The notes under the pieces were generated by a model. It saw nothing but the letters and a program-made list of their open reading frames with translations. It was not told the DNA's origin and ran no database searches. A program made the position numbers and the translations under genes. Below are positions 20,093-30,886 of a DNA stretch of 64,000 nt, piece after piece (position 1 is the stretch's first letter; every line of letters starts with the position of its first letter). This stretch comes from Gemmatimonadales bacterium (GTDB taxonomy: Bacteria > Gemmatimonadota > Gemmatimonadetes > Gemmatimonadales > GWC2-71-9), in the NCBI GenBank assembly GCA_041615815.1, contig JBFJCP010000023.1:1-64000 (forward strand), read 5' to 3'.

Positions 20093-22222
20093 GTGTCCGG
20101 TTTCACGTCGACTGTCGAGGCGGGCATTGCCTGGCTCGAGCTGAACCTCGAGCACCAGCCCGTCAACAAGATCACACGGGCGGTACGCGAAGAGCTGGAC
20201 CCTCTTCTGCAACAGCTGCGGGCGGATGACACCGTGCGGGCGGTTGTACTCATCTCCACCAAGCCCGGGAGCTTCATCGCCGGCGCCGACATCGACGAGT
20301 TCGTTGCCCTCAGCTCGCGCGACGAAGCCCTCACGTTGGTCACGGGCGGCCAAGTACTCCTCACCAAGCTCGCCACCTTGGGGAAGCCGACGTTGGCGGC
20401 CATCGATGGGGCCTGCCTGGGTGGGGGGTTAGAGGCGGCCTTGGCCTGCACCTATCGGATCGCAACCGACAACCCGAGGACGAAAATCGGGCTTCCGGAA
20501 GTACAGCTCGGGATTCTCCCTGCCGCTGGCGGGTGCCAGCGCCTCCCTCGCCTCATCGGCGTCCGGCGCGCCCTGGACCTGATTCTCACCGGCAAGCAAG
20601 TACCAGGAAGTCGCGCCTATCGGTTGGGGATCGTCGACGAGCTGGTGCACCCGGCCATACTCAGGGAAGCGGCAGGCAAGGCCGCGGCTCGTCTCTCCGA
20701 GGGGTGGCGACCGCGCCGGAAATCCGGCGGTCTCGCCGGCTTCGCCCTCGAAAAAACCCCCGTGGGTCGAAAAGTCGTGTTCTCGACGGCGCGCAAACAG
20801 GTGCTCAAACGAACCGGCGGACACTATCCAGCGCCCCTGGCAGCGCTGCGGGCGGTGGAGCACGGATTGGCGCACGGCATCGAGGCCGGCCTGAACATGG
20901 AAGCAGCGGAGTTCGCCGAGTTGGCGGTCGGGGACGTTTCGCGCAAGCTGGTGCAGATCTTCTTTGCCACAACGGCCCTCAAGAAGGATTCCGGAGTTGA
21001 GGGCGAGGCACCTCCACCGAAGGACGTCGACGCGCTGGCGGTGGTTGGCGCCGGCTTCATGGGTGCGGGCATCGGAGGTGTTGCGGTAGCGCAGGCCGGT
21101 GTCGACGTTCGCTTTCGCGATACTGACCTCGCAGCCGTCGGGCGCGGTCTCGAGAACGCCCGGCAACCGCTCAAGAGCCGTCTCAAGCGTCGTCGCATTA
21201 CCAAACACGAGTTCCTTCGGTTGGAGCGCCTTGTCTCGGGTGGTACCGGATGGGATGGGTTTGCGCGCGCCGATCTCGTGATCGAAGCAGTATTCGAGGA
21301 CCTGGAGATCAAGCGAAACGTGTTTCGCGACCTCGAGGCCAATACGCGGCCAGACTGCGTCCTGGCGTCCAACACCAGTACCATCCCCATCGCCCGCATC
21401 GGAGAGACACTTGAGCGGCCTGAGCGTCTGCTTGGAATGCACTTCTTTTCCCCGGTAGAAAAGATGCCGCTCTTGGAAGTGATCGTGACCTCACAGACCG
21501 CGCCGTGGGTAACTGTCACCGCCGTCGCATTCGGGCGCACCATGGGGAAGACGGTGATCGTCGTACGCGACTGTCCGGGTTTTTGGGTGAATCGCATTCT
21601 GGCTCCCTATATGAACGAAGCCGGTCGACTGCTCGAAGAGGGGGTCGGCATCGAGGCCGTAGACGGGGCAATGACGAAATTCGGATTCCCGGTAGGGCCC
21701 ATCACCCTGCTGGACGAGGTTGGGCTGGACGTGGCACAGAAGGCGGCCGGCGTACTGCATGAGGCGTTCGGTCCTCGGCTGCAACCGAGAGACGGTATTG
21801 CCCGCATGACCGCGGAAGGACGCCTGGGAAGAAAGAACGGACGCGGGTTCTACCGTTACGAGGACCAAAAGAAACGTGGCGTGGATGAGACGGTGTACGA
21901 GATCATCGGGGCGTCGCCCGATTCCACCGTTCCTCGCGAGGATATTGGGCGCCGCTTGGTGTATGCCATGTTGAACGAGGCCGCTCGCGGCCTCGACGAG
22001 GGTGTCGTTCGCTCAGCACGCGATGGAGATATTGGGGCCATTTTCGGCATCGGGTATCCACCGTTCCGTGGCGGCCCACTCCGCTTTTTGGACGATCTGG
22101 GGGCGGCCAAGGTAGTCGAGACACTTGCAGACCTGGCGGAACGGTACGGTGAACGTTTCGCACCGGCCCCTATCCTCCAGCGCCACGCTGCGGCCGGCAC
22201 GCGTTTCTACCCCACCCCGTAG
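20093..22222 (+). CDS. fadJ: Fatty acid oxidation complex alpha subunit FadJ
   Basis: [20 protein letters not shown] (hydratase); GAGFMG, IEAVFED, SNTS, GMHFFSP (dehydrogenase). Confidence 0.93.
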   Translation: MSGFTSTVEAGIAWLELNLEHQPVNKITRAVREELDPLLQQLRADDTVRAVVLISTKPGSFIAGADIDEFVALSSRDEALTLVTGGQVLLTKLATLGKPTLAAIDGACLGGGLEAALACTYRIATDNPRTKIGLPEVQLGILPAAGGCQRLPRLIGVRRALDLILTGKQVPGSRAYRLGIVDELVHPAILREAAGKAAARLSEGWRPRRKSGGLAGFALEKTPVGRKVVFSTARKQVLKRTGGHYPAPLAALRAVEHGLAHGIEAGLNMEAAEFAELAVGDVSRKLVQIFFATTALKKDSGVEGEAPPPKDVDALAVVGAGFMGAGIGGVAVAQAGVDVRFRDTDLAAVGRGLENARQPLKSRLKRRRITKHEFLRLERLVSGGTGWDGFARADLVIEAVFEDLEIKRNVFRDLEANTRPDCVLASNTSTIPIARIGETLERPERLLGMHFFSPVEKMPLLEVIVTSQTAPWVTVTAVAFGRTMGKTVIVVRDCPGFWVNRILAPYMNEAGRLLEEGVGIEAVDGAMTKFGFPVGPITLLDEVGLDVAQKAAGVLHEAFGPRLQPRDGIARMTAEGRLGRKNGRGFYRYEDQKKRGVDETVYEIIGASPDSTVPREDIGRRLVYAMLNEAARGLDEGVVRSARDGDIGAIFGIGYPPFRGGPLRFLDDLGAAKVVETLADLAERYGERFAPAPILQRHAAAGTRFYPTP

Positions 22223-22239
22223 CTCGATGCCAGCTTGAG

Positions 22240-23172
22240 ATGCTGCGCCGCACGTTTCTTTGGCTGAGCGAGCGACGCAGCATTTTCGATTTCGTCAAAC
22301 GAAACGGCGTTGCCCGCCGTATTGCCTCGCGATTCGTTGCCGGAGAGACCGTCGGCCAAGCTATGGCGGCGAGCCGCGCGCTCAACGACGCGGGAATCAA
22401 GGTCACGCTGGACCTGCTCGGTGAGAGTGTTGCCAACGCCGAGGCTACTCGAGTGGCGCGGAACGAGGTGCTTGAAACGATCGGGGCGATCGGTACGCAG
22501 TCCATCGACGGTGGTGTGTCGATCAAACTCACCCAACTGGGCCTCGACATCGACGAATCGCTGTGCCGCGAGAATCTTTCGGATATTCTGGAAACGGCAA
22601 ACCGTCACGGCGTCTTCGTTCGCATCGACATGGAGAGCTCCGAGTACACGGAGCGCACTCTCCGGATGTTCTATGACCACGTTCAGCCCAGGTATTCGGA
22701 GCACTCCGGGGTGGTCATTCAAGCGTACTTGCGTCGATCCGATCACGATATCGAGGAACTCATCGCTCGGAACGCCAGTGTCCGATTGTGCAAGGGCGCC
22801 TATGCCGAACCAGCGTCGGTCGCTTTTCACGACAGGCGCGAAGTCAGCATGTCGTTCGTGCGGCTCATGGAAAAGCTGCTGGTGGAGGGCCACCGGCCCG
22901 CCATCGCCACCCACGATGACGCACTGGTCGAACAGGCCAAGGCGTTCGTAACGCGACACCAGATTCCCAAGGAACAATTCGAGTTTCAGTTGCTCTATGG
23001 GGTCCGCCGTGATCTTCAAGACCGACTCCACCGCGAGGGCTTTCGCGTGCGGGTCTATATCCCGTTCGGATCGGCGTGGTATCCCTACCTGATGCGCCGC
23101 CTGGCTGAGCGTCCTGCCAACATCGCGTTTATGGGGGCCAGCATGATCAAGGAGGCGTTCGCGCGACGATGA
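22240..23172 (+). CDS. Monofunctional proline dehydrogenase
   Basis: RFVAGE, SIKLTQLG, IDME, RLCKGAY, ATHD, YLMRRLAERPAN. Confidence 0.95.
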   Translation: MLRRTFLWLSERRSIFDFVKRNGVARRIASRFVAGETVGQAMAASRALNDAGIKVTLDLLGESVANAEATRVARNEVLETIGAIGTQSIDGGVSIKLTQLGLDIDESLCRENLSDILETANRHGVFVRIDMESSEYTERTLRMFYDHVQPRYSEHSGVVIQAYLRRSDHDIEELIARNASVRLCKGAYAEPASVAFHDRREVSMSFVRLMEKLLVEGHRPAIATHDDALVEQAKAFVTRHQIPKEQFEFQLLYGVRRDLQDRLHREGFRVRVYIPFGSAWYPYLMRRLAERPANIAFMGASMIKEAFARR

Positions 23173-23492
23173 TAGACGATGCCACGTTTGGAGGTTACCT
23201 CGAGGTTCATGATCGCGCACCGGCCTTCGAGGGTCCCGATGGGTTACCCTACTCGGCTGCACTCTACGTGGACGACGAGCCGGACGAGCGAGGCCGATAT
23301 GGCGCGGCTATTCTCTTCGTGCGGTGGTCTGAGGCGGGTGACCGCCCAGTGGGCCATGTCGAGAGTCCCTACCTCGCGTACGCAAAGACCCCAGAAGAGG
23401 CGAGTGACGCCGTCCGTCGCCTCACGCTCCACGAAGTCAAGGAGCAGCTGGATCGAGCCATCGCGGTGAGACCGGAGAACGGAAGCTGGTAG
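23169..23492 (+). CDS. Hypothetical protein
   Basis: ATGA-coupled to PRODH; fills the gap before rsgA. Confidence 0.7.
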   Translation: MIDDATFGGYLEVHDRAPAFEGPDGLPYSAALYVDDEPDERGRYGAAILFVRWSEAGDRPVGHVESPYLAYAKTPEEASDAVRRLTLHEVKEQLDRAIAVRPENGSW

Positions 23493-23509
23493 GGGAACGA
23501 GAGGGCTTC

Positions 23510-24400
23510 GTGCTTTCGAAGGTCGGCGGCCGGTACCTTGTCTACGACGACGGTGAGGTGCTGGAAGCATCGCTACGAGGAAGGCTGAAGCAGGAGTCCA
23601 AGCTTCGCGTACTGGTTGGTGACCGGGTGTCACTGCACGCTCACCCCGACGACTCGATGACGATCGAGGCCGTTCAAAGTCGTCGGTCGTTGTTGAAACG
23701 CCGAAGCCCCGGTAAGAGCCGTGGCGTGCGCAATATCGCGGCCAACGTGGATCGGGTCGTGGTCGTGGGTGCCGCCGCGCGGCCAGCCTGGGATCCACAC
23801 TTGATGGATCGGTTTCTCGTCGTCGGCGAAGTCAACCACTTACCGTGCGTCGTAGTCGTCAACAAGTGCGATCTCGTTGATGATTGCCAAGGACTCCTTG
23901 AGCCATACCGTCTCGCCGGGTATCCGGTGATTGAAACAAGCGTGCCCCTGCGGAAGGGACTCGACGCGCTCAGAGCTCAACTTCGCGGAAAGATCTCGCT
24001 TCTCACTGGTCCCACCGGGGTGGGTAAATCGAGTCTTCTCAACGCGCTGCAGCCAGGTCTCTTGCTCCGCACGGCTCCCGTGAGTGGCAAGTCTCATAGC
24101 GGCCGACACACCACTGTGGCGGCCGAAATGCACCCGTTTGGCCACGACGGGTTCGTCGTGGATACGCCGGGATTACGCGATATCGGACTGTGGGGTCTGG
24201 AGCCGGTCGAGGTGGCTAACGCGTTCCCAGAGTTCGCCCAGTTCGCCGGCCAATGCCGGTTCGACAATTGTCGACACGGTGAGGAACCCGGATGCGCCGT
24301 GGGAAAGGCTGCGGAAGAGGGCGAGATTGCGATGACCCGTCTCGAGTCGTATCGCCGGCTACTGGAAGAGGCGCAACGGGCGGCGCGACCATGGACGTGA
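23510..24400 (+). CDS. rsgA: Ribosome small subunit-dependent GTPase RsgA
   Basis: Permuted GTPase order NKCD, GPTGVGKSS, GRHTT, DTPG; Zn finger CRFDNCRHGEEPGC. Confidence 0.96.
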   Translation: MLSKVGGRYLVYDDGEVLEASLRGRLKQESKLRVLVGDRVSLHAHPDDSMTIEAVQSRRSLLKRRSPGKSRGVRNIAANVDRVVVVGAAARPAWDPHLMDRFLVVGEVNHLPCVVVVNKCDLVDDCQGLLEPYRLAGYPVIETSVPLRKGLDALRAQLRGKISLLTGPTGVGKSSLLNALQPGLLLRTAPVSGKSHSGRHTTVAAEMHPFGHDGFVVDTPGLRDIGLWGLEPVEVANAFPEFAQFAGQCRFDNCRHGEEPGCAVGKAAEEGEIAMTRLESYRRLLEEAQRAARPWT

Positions 24401-25668
24401 AGAAAGGTCCTCCGGCGAACCCAGCCAAAGCGTTGGTCGTGCCGTTCCACGGGGAGAGATACGATGACTCCACCCGGCTGAGCGCCCGTCTGGCACCGCC
24501 CTACGACGTCATCGATCCGGATGCGTGGGCTCAACTCGCCGAGCTCGATGAGCACAATGTCGTTCGTTTGATCCTTCCCGAGTCAAATGGAGATCGGTAT
24601 CGGCGAGCAGCCCAACTCCTCAAGACATGGCGTGCCCGCGGTATCCTCATCGCGGACAGCAAGTCCAGTGTGACGGTCGTGCAGCAGGAATTCCGCGACG
24701 TCCAGGGGGTCACGCGCCGTCGGACCGGCGTGATAGGCGCGGTCGCCGTTGAGCCGTTCACGGCACGGCGCGTGCGACCTCACGAGCGAACCCACGCCGA
24801 GCCAAAAGCGGACCGCCTCGCTCTGCTCCGTGCAACTGAGACGGTGTTCGATGCGTTGTTCATGCTCGCGCCCGATCCGGAGGAAGTCCTGCACCGCCAG
24901 CTTGCGAGTGCGACCGCCACACCACCGACGGCTGTTGCCTCGTTGGGTGATGGCTCAATGTCGGTGTGGCACGTCGGTGATGCGGCCTCGGACTCTCTCG
25001 CAAGCGCCGCCAGTAGGCACCCGCTCTACATTGCCGACGGCCATCACCGGTACGAGACCGCCATCGCTTACGCCGAGGAGAACCGTCGCGCCGACCGGAC
25101 CCTGGCGCTCATCGTCCCACTCCGAGACCCGGGATTGATCGTGCAAGCGACCCATCGATTGGTGCTGGGGAGCGATGTGGATGCCGAACGGGCCCTTGGA
25201 ATGTTGCGAAAGCGCTTCCGCATCCGCGAGCTCGGGCCGGATGACGACCACCTCGAAGCGCTGGTCGCCACCCAGGACCGCGGAACGGCGTGTGTCCTCA
25301 TCCTTCCCCAGCGCCGATTCGTGCTACTCCTCAGGGGCTCTGTCGGCATTGGGGATTTACCGTCGGTGGATCATACCGAAGTAGCAAAGCTCGACGTCGC
25401 TCGTGTCGACGGATTGGCGGTCAACCCGGTGTTAGAGCTCGCGGGTCCCAACTCAACGCTCACATACACGGCGGATCCTGCCGCCGCAATCCGCGCGGTT
25501 CGAGAACAACGTATCAGCGCGGCTATCCTCATGAATCCACCAAGCATCCAACAAGTGCTCGATGTCGCGGATACGGGAGGCGTGATGCCTCAGAAATCGA
25601 CCTATTTCGCGCCCAAGGTGCCGAGCGGTGTGGTGTTCCTTCCCTACGTGACCGAATCGCCCCGCTAG
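24391..25668 (+). CDS. DUF1015 family protein
   Basis: PPYDVI, PHERT, YIADGHHRYETA, MPQKSTYFAPK. Confidence 0.9.
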   Translation: MDVKKGPPANPAKALVVPFHGERYDDSTRLSARLAPPYDVIDPDAWAQLAELDEHNVVRLILPESNGDRYRRAAQLLKTWRARGILIADSKSSVTVVQQEFRDVQGVTRRRTGVIGAVAVEPFTARRVRPHERTHAEPKADRLALLRATETVFDALFMLAPDPEEVLHRQLASATATPPTAVASLGDGSMSVWHVGDAASDSLASAASRHPLYIADGHHRYETAIAYAEENRRADRTLALIVPLRDPGLIVQATHRLVLGSDVDAERALGMLRKRFRIRELGPDDDHLEALVATQDRGTACVLILPQRRFVLLLRGSVGIGDLPSVDHTEVAKLDVARVDGLAVNPVLELAGPNSTLTYTADPAAAIRAVREQRISAAILMNPPSIQQVLDVADTGGVMPQKSTYFAPKVPSGVVFLPYVTESPR

Positions 25669-25973
25669 CCCGACTCGCGGACGGCGCGGCGTAATCGAGC
25701 CCACACGTGGATGGCGTATCGTAGGAAGTTGGCCCGTTCCACGGGTCGGCCGCGGAGGTATTCCCAGGCGGTGCGTCCGCCCTTATCGGTGTTGCACCGG
25801 AGGCATGCACTCACGAGATTCCCAGGCGAATGGTCGCCACGCTTCACCCGGGGCTGGACGTGGTCGACGGTGAGCGCGTCCCCAGGGTACGTTATTCCGC
25901 AATACACGCACCGGAAACCGTCGCGCTCGAAGATCGTGTTCCGCCGCCGTCGAGCGCCTCGTGAGGATGCCAT
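25665..25973 (-). CDS. Stand-alone HNH endonuclease
   Basis: RDGFRCVYCG, TVDHVQP, NLVSACLRCN..K. Confidence 0.88.
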   Translation of the reverse strand: MASSRGARRRRNTIFERDGFRCVYCGITYPGDALTVDHVQPRVKRGDHSPGNLVSACLRCNTDKGGRTAWEYLRGRPVERANFLRYAIHVWARLRRAVRESG

Positions 25974-26003
25974 GGTGGTTCACCCATTTATGACGAGTTC
26001 CTG

Positions 26004-26249
26004 ATGCCCCCTCGGCCCCGAGAGCGGATTCTCGGCAACCTCGAGAGCATCTATCGCGAGGCGTACGAGCGCGCCAAGGTGGCGGGAGATCGAGAGCGAA
26101 TGTTCGATCTGGATGCCTCCTTCCAACGCGAGCAGCTCATCCTCGAAGTACTGCTCGACGTACGCGACGCCTTACTCGGCGACCGGGCCGACGATCGGTC
26201 CGCGTTGGACAAGTTGGAGGTGCTGCGGCGACTCACTCGCCTCAAGTAA
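26004..26249 (+). CDS. Small helical hypothetical protein
   Basis: Amphipathic helical 81-aa ORF ([15 protein letters not shown]) filling an otherwise empty gap. Confidence 0.65.
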   Translation: MPPRPRERILGNLESIYREAYERAKVAGDRERMFDLDASFQREQLILEVLLDVRDALLGDRADDRSALDKLEVLRRLTRLK

Positions 26250-26285
26250 CTCCCATTGAACCCCGAACGGCCCGAAGACTCCGAC

Positions 26286-26303
26286 CGTATAGGAAAATAT
26301 ACG
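26286..26303. promoter_or_regulatory. Inverted repeat CGTATA-N6-TATACG (possible activator site)
   Basis: AT-rich palindrome about 60-75 bp upstream of the sigma54-like element. Confidence 0.4.
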
Positions 26304-26359
26304 CCTTTCCAAGACGGCTCCCGGCCATGACCCGAGTCGCCTGTGGCGTCGTGCCGGAG

Positions 26360-26375
26360 TGGCGCGCCACTTGCT
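26360..26375 (+). promoter_or_regulatory. Candidate sigma54 -24/-12 promoter TGGCGC-GCCAC-TTGCT
   Basis: GG-N10-GC with near-consensus flanks, 35 nt before ATG 26411. Confidence 0.55.
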
Positions 26376-26410
26376 GGCCTAGGCCCCGAACCAAGCTATC
26401 TTACGGAACC

Positions 26411-28555
26411 ATGGGTACCGAGACCAAACCGAAGACGTCGCGCCGCTCCAAGCGGACCCCGGCCACACAGCTTGGCAAGGACGAGCTGCTCGAGATGTAT
26501 CGGGTCATGCTCATGTCCCGACGCCTCGACGATAAGGAGATTCAACTCAAGCGCCAAAACCGCATCTTTTTTCAGATCTCGGGTGCCGGTCATGAAGCCG
26601 TCCTGGCAGCTGCCGGCAAGCTGCTAAAGCCAAGCTATGATTGGTTTTACACGTACTATAGGGACCGGGCACTGTGCCTGGCGCTCGGGATGACGCCCAC
26701 CGAGATGCTGCTCTCGGCCGTGGCAGCGGCTGACGATCCCAATTCGGGCGGCCGCCAGATGCCGTCGCACTTCGGGCACAGAGAATTGAACATCGTCAGT
26801 GCCTCGAGCCCCACGGGCACGCAGTTTCTCAACGCGGTGGGATGCGCCGAGGCGTGGCTGCGTTATGACCGTATCGAAGACATTCCGGACCGCCATACCC
26901 AGATCAAAAAGGACGAGGTAGTGCTTTGCTCGGCTGGCGAAGGCACGACGAGCGAGGGCGAGTTTTGGGAAGCCCTGAACACCGCATCGAATCTCAAACT
27001 CCCGGTCCTCTTCCTGATCGAAGACAATGGCTATGCCATTTCGGTTCCCATTGAGGTGCAGACAGCCGGTGGGTCTGTCTCCAAGCTCGTCGCGAACTTC
27101 CCGAACATGTTCGTGGAGGAGGTGGACGGGTGTGATCCGCTCGCCTCGTACGACGTCCTGACTCGCGCGGTTCAGTACGTGCGCGCCAGAAAAGGCCCGG
27201 CTTTTGTGCACGCCCACGTGATTCGACCGTACTCTCACTCCTTGTCCGACGACGAGATTGCGTACAAGCCGCCGGAAGAGCGCGATGCGGAAGCCAAGCG
27301 TGATCCGCTCGTTACGTTCCCGGCCCGCCTCGTCGCAGAAGGCCTCGCCACCGACGCGGAGATCGAAGAGATCAAATCGCGCGTCGAAGAAGATATCGAG
27401 CTGGCCACCGATGTCGCGCTGGCGTCACCGCAACCGGCTGCGGAGACGCTCTACTCCCACGTGTATTCCGGCGAGGTCGATCCGACGGCAGAGCAGTTTG
27501 ATACCGAGGACGATCCGCAATTCAGTGGCGATCCCACCACGATGGTGGATTTGTTGAACAACTGCCTGAAGGACGAGATGGAGCGGGATCCGCGGATCGT
27601 CGTGTTCGGCGAGGATGTGGCCGACGCGTCTCGCGTCCAACACCTGGATCGGGTCAAAGGAAAGGGTGGTGTCTTCAAGGTCACATGGGGTCTCCAAAAA
27701 CAATTCGGCGGCGACCGCGTCTACAATTCTCCGTTGGCGGAAGCGAACATCGTGGGGCGTGCAATCGGGCTGGCGACCAGGGGTATCAAACCCGTCGTCG
27801 AAGTGCAGTTCTTCGACTATATCTGGCCCGCCTATCATCAGATTCGCAACGAGCTGGCAACTCTCCGCTGGCGTAGCAATGGAGCGTTCAGCGCCCCGGT
27901 GGTTGTCCGGGTCACGTACGGCGGCTACCTAAAGGGTGGAGCGATCTACCACTCGCAGACGGGAGCTGCCATTTACACGAGCATCCCCGGACTCCGCGTG
28001 GTGTGTCCATCCACCGCCCTGGATGCCAACGGACTGCTCCGCACCGCCATCCGCTGCGAGGACCCCGTCATTTTTCTTGAGCACAAGCACCTGTATAGGC
28101 AGACGTACAACAAGGCGCCCAATCCCGGTCCCAACTTCATGGTACCGTTTGGCAAGGCCAAGGTGGTCCGCGCAGGGTCGGATCTCACCGTGGTCACCTA
28201 TGGAGCGGTGGTCCAACGAACCATCGCCGCTGCCAAGCAGCTCGAAGAAAGTAGCGGCATCAGTACCGAGGTCATCGATCTCCGATCGCTCAACCCCGTG
28301 GATTGGGAGACAATCAGTGAATCAGTGAAGAAGACGAACAAGGTGATCGTGGCGTATGAGGACGGTCTGTCTTGGGGATACGGTGCGGAGATCGCCGCGA
28401 AGATCGCTGACGAGCTCTTCGCATGGCTGGATGCTCCAGTGCGGCGGGTCGCATCGACGGATACGTTTGTCGCGTATGCGCCGGAACTGGAGGACATCAT
28501 CCTTCCGCAGGTTCCGGATTTGCTGCGAGCGATCGAGGAGATGTATCGGTTCTAG
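26411..28555 (+). CDS. 2-oxoacid dehydrogenase E1, fused alpha/beta (likely branched-chain)
   Basis: [15 protein letters not shown]...DN TPP motif, [35 protein letters not shown]. Confidence 0.93.
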   Translation: MGTETKPKTSRRSKRTPATQLGKDELLEMYRVMLMSRRLDDKEIQLKRQNRIFFQISGAGHEAVLAAAGKLLKPSYDWFYTYYRDRALCLALGMTPTEMLLSAVAAADDPNSGGRQMPSHFGHRELNIVSASSPTGTQFLNAVGCAEAWLRYDRIEDIPDRHTQIKKDEVVLCSAGEGTTSEGEFWEALNTASNLKLPVLFLIEDNGYAISVPIEVQTAGGSVSKLVANFPNMFVEEVDGCDPLASYDVLTRAVQYVRARKGPAFVHAHVIRPYSHSLSDDEIAYKPPEERDAEAKRDPLVTFPARLVAEGLATDAEIEEIKSRVEEDIELATDVALASPQPAAETLYSHVYSGEVDPTAEQFDTEDDPQFSGDPTTMVDLLNNCLKDEMERDPRIVVFGEDVADASRVQHLDRVKGKGGVFKVTWGLQKQFGGDRVYNSPLAEANIVGRAIGLATRGIKPVVEVQFFDYIWPAYHQIRNELATLRWRSNGAFSAPVVVRVTYGGYLKGGAIYHSQTGAAIYTSIPGLRVVCPSTALDANGLLRTAIRCEDPVIFLEHKHLYRQTYNKAPNPGPNFMVPFGKAKVVRAGSDLTVVTYGAVVQRTIAAAKQLEESSGISTEVIDLRSLNPVDWETISESVKKTNKVIVAYEDGLSWGYGAEIAAKIADELFAWLDAPVRRVASTDTFVAYAPELEDIILPQVPDLLRAIEEMYRF

Positions 28556-28570
28556 TCGTGCAGACAGAAT

Positions 28571-28623
28571 GGAAAGGAAGAGGCGGATGCGCCCAGTGCT
28601 GGGCCCATCCGCCTCTTCGTTCC
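28571..28623. terminator. Long hairpin between convergent genes (probable bidirectional terminator)
   Basis: GAAGAGGCGGATG-c-GCCCAG tg CTGGGC-c-CATCCGCCTCTTC; no clear U tract. Confidence 0.7.
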
Positions 28624-28639
28624 GGGGCACCGGCGACGC

Positions 28640-30517
28640 TTACATGCGGCCGAGTGCCTGTTTGATTTCACTGGCCGCGTCGATCGCCGCCTCTACATCG
28701 ATTTGGAGCGCCCGCGCCTGCTGTGTGGCCGATGTCAAGTCGTCCAACACAGCGGCCACCCCTGCGGAACGCAGCCGCAGGAGGTCGAAGCGGACGTTCT
28801 GCACGGCCAAGACGCACGATTCGAACTGCGCTTCGACAGTGGAACGGCGTGCCACTAACTCGGCCAGGGTATCCCGCTGACGCCGGAGGAGATCGAGCCG
28901 TCGGTCGGACTCTGCGTCCGCGCCACCCTCCTCCAGCTGGCGAATGCGCTGTTCGAGCCGGTGCAGCCCGTCGTCGTCCACGTCCCCCTCCATCTGGTGC
29001 AGCGTGCGAGCCAGCTCTATGGCGCGGCCGACCAGCGAGTCGACGGTCGGTACGACGTCGGGCAACATCTCCTGCTCAGACGAAGGCAGGCGTTGAATGA
29101 TCTGTATCACCGCGCCGCGGTCACGTTGCATCTGCTGCATCTGCCCGGCCAGCTTGCCGAATTCGCCGGACGTGGGTTCGACGATGCGTGCGGGGGGCAG
29201 TCGCTGCACGTCCCCGGCCGGCGGTGGAAGTGCATCCGGTGCTGGTGGTCGGTTGAGCACGTCCCGCATGCTGTATCCATCCGACCAGAGCTTGCCGTAC
29301 TGAGAGGCCAAGCCGATCCCCCATCCGATAGCGGGAAAGAGGAACCACGGCGTCGTGATGCCCGGGAGGATGATGTTCAACAAGAGCAGGCCACCGTTCA
29401 CCGACACGTACGAGGCGAAGTTGGCGCGGAATTTTCGAACCACGACGGGCTCCCCCGTCTCGTGCAGCTCGCGACGCTCGCTGGGCTTAGGTGCCTCCTG
29501 CCGCTTGCTTGGCCGACTCGGCCGGCGACCGCTGCGGTCTTCTTCGAACCAATCCCACCATTCGCGGTCCTTGGGCCGTGACGGACGGGGTCGGTCCGAC
29601 GGACGGCGAGATCGCCGGCGGGACAGTGGAGAGCGCGGCCGATACCGGACTGCAGAGCGGTTCTCGAGCGACCGCCGGAGGGAGTCGGCAGTGGGCCAAC
29701 GATCCTCCGGGTCCTTTTCCAGGCACCGGAGGATCGTCACCGCAAGGTCTTCAGGACAGTCCGCGCGGATCTCGGTAATCTCGGGGACGGGCTCGGTGAT
29801 TTGCTTCATGAGCATGCCGGCGACCGTCGGAGCCTTGAACGGCACTTCACCGGTGAGCATCTCATAACCCAACACACCGAGACTGTAGATGTCGCTCCGC
29901 GCATCGATCTCGCGGTCTCCGGCTGCCTGCTCGGGACTCATGTAGGCGGGCGTGCCGATCGCGACCCCGGTTCCGGTCAGCGTCGCGGGGCTCATTCCCG
30001 ACACCGCCTTCGCGATTCCAAAGTCGGTGACCATGACACGGCGGCGGGTCCCCTCCAGGAGTACGTTGTCTGGCTTGATGTCACGGTGGACGACACCCAT
30101 CGCGTGGGCGAGGCCGAGGGCATCGGCCGTCTCTTTCAGGATTCGACGCACTTCCTCGGCCGGAAGGCGTTCACGACGCCGCAGGCGCGCAGCCAGCGAC
30201 TCTCCATCCACGAAACCCATGACGAAATACACGAGTCCCTGGTCTTCGCCGACGGCGTGAATGGGCACGATGTGGGGGTGCGAAAGACGGGCGGCGGTTT
30301 GCGCCTCCCGGATGAAACGCTTCCGGATCTCCTCCCGATACGCGAGCTCGGGCGGGAGTACCTTGATGGCGACGCGACGTCTGAGCTTTAGGTCCCGTGC
30401 ACTATAGACGATTCCCATGCCCCCGCGGCCGATTTCGCCTTCGACGACGTACGCCCCCGCGAGGGCCTCCGCCAATCGTTCGGCGACGGGGCCCAACTTT
30501 CCCTCGTCCATTGGCAT
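28640..30517 (-). CDS. Hanks-type Ser/Thr kinase with a 2TM hairpin and C-terminal coiled coil
   Basis: GRGGMG, VAIK, HRDIKPDN, DFG, GTPAYMSPE; FASYVSVN..L..LN...PWFLFP.IGWGIGL 2TM-type motif. Confidence 0.93.
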   Translation of the reverse strand: MPMDEGKLGPVAERLAEALAGAYVVEGEIGRGGMGIVYSARDLKLRRRVAIKVLPPELAYREEIRKRFIREAQTAARLSHPHIVPIHAVGEDQGLVYFVMGFVDGESLAARLRRRERLPAEEVRRILKETADALGLAHAMGVVHRDIKPDNVLLEGTRRRVMVTDFGIAKAVSGMSPATLTGTGVAIGTPAYMSPEQAAGDREIDARSDIYSLGVLGYEMLTGEVPFKAPTVAGMLMKQITEPVPEITEIRADCPEDLAVTILRCLEKDPEDRWPTADSLRRSLENRSAVRYRPRSPLSRRRSRRPSDRPRPSRPKDREWWDWFEEDRSGRRPSRPSKRQEAPKPSERRELHETGEPVVVRKFRANFASYVSVNGGLLLLNIILPGITTPWFLFPAIGWGIGLASQYGKLWSDGYSMRDVLNRPPAPDALPPPAGDVQRLPPARIVEPTSGEFGKLAGQMQQMQRDRGAVIQIIQRLPSSEQEMLPDVVPTVDSLVGRAIELARTLHQMEGDVDDDGLHRLEQRIRQLEEGGADAESDRRLDLLRRQRDTLAELVARRSTVEAQFESCVLAVQNVRFDLLRLRSAGVAAVLDDLTSATQQARALQIDVEAAIDAASEIKQALGRM

Positions 30518-30535
30518 CCGCTCCCGACCGACGGT

Positions 30536-30564
30536 AGATTAACGTTGCGCTAACCCACTGGCAA
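30536..30564 (-). promoter_or_regulatory. sigma70-type promoter TTGCCA-17-TAATCT for the kinase
   Basis: Exact 17-bp spacer; GGAG RBS follows. Confidence 0.5.
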
Positions 30565-30594
30565 CCGGCGAGCTACACTCTTGCGAGGACCGCG

Positions 30595-30840
30595 ATGCGC
30601 TGGGTAACCGACGACGCCGGACGACGCTGGTGCGTGGAACGTGTCGGACGCACGTCGGGCATGATACCGCCCAAGAAGAGCACGACCACGTTCCCCGAGC
30701 CAGCTGATATCGTGCGCTTCAGCTGCGAGTCGGATCACGCAGAAGCGTCGCGCGAAGTCACCACGCGTGCGGGCCTCCTCGAGCAGCTGACCGATAGCGA
30801 GCTCAAGGCTCTGCTTAACATCGCCCCCAAAGCACCCTAG
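30595..30840 (+). CDS. Hypothetical protein (81 aa)
   Basis: GAGG RBS; 'TDDAGRRW.V' start and 'LEQLTDSELKALL' end; fills the gap. Confidence 0.65.
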   Translation: MRWVTDDAGRRWCVERVGRTSGMIPPKKSTTTFPEPADIVRFSCESDHAEASREVTTRAGLLEQLTDSELKALLNIAPKAP

Positions 30841-30886
30841 AAGACCCCGTCTCTCCACGCCCCAAGCCACGCCATTCTGGCAGTCA

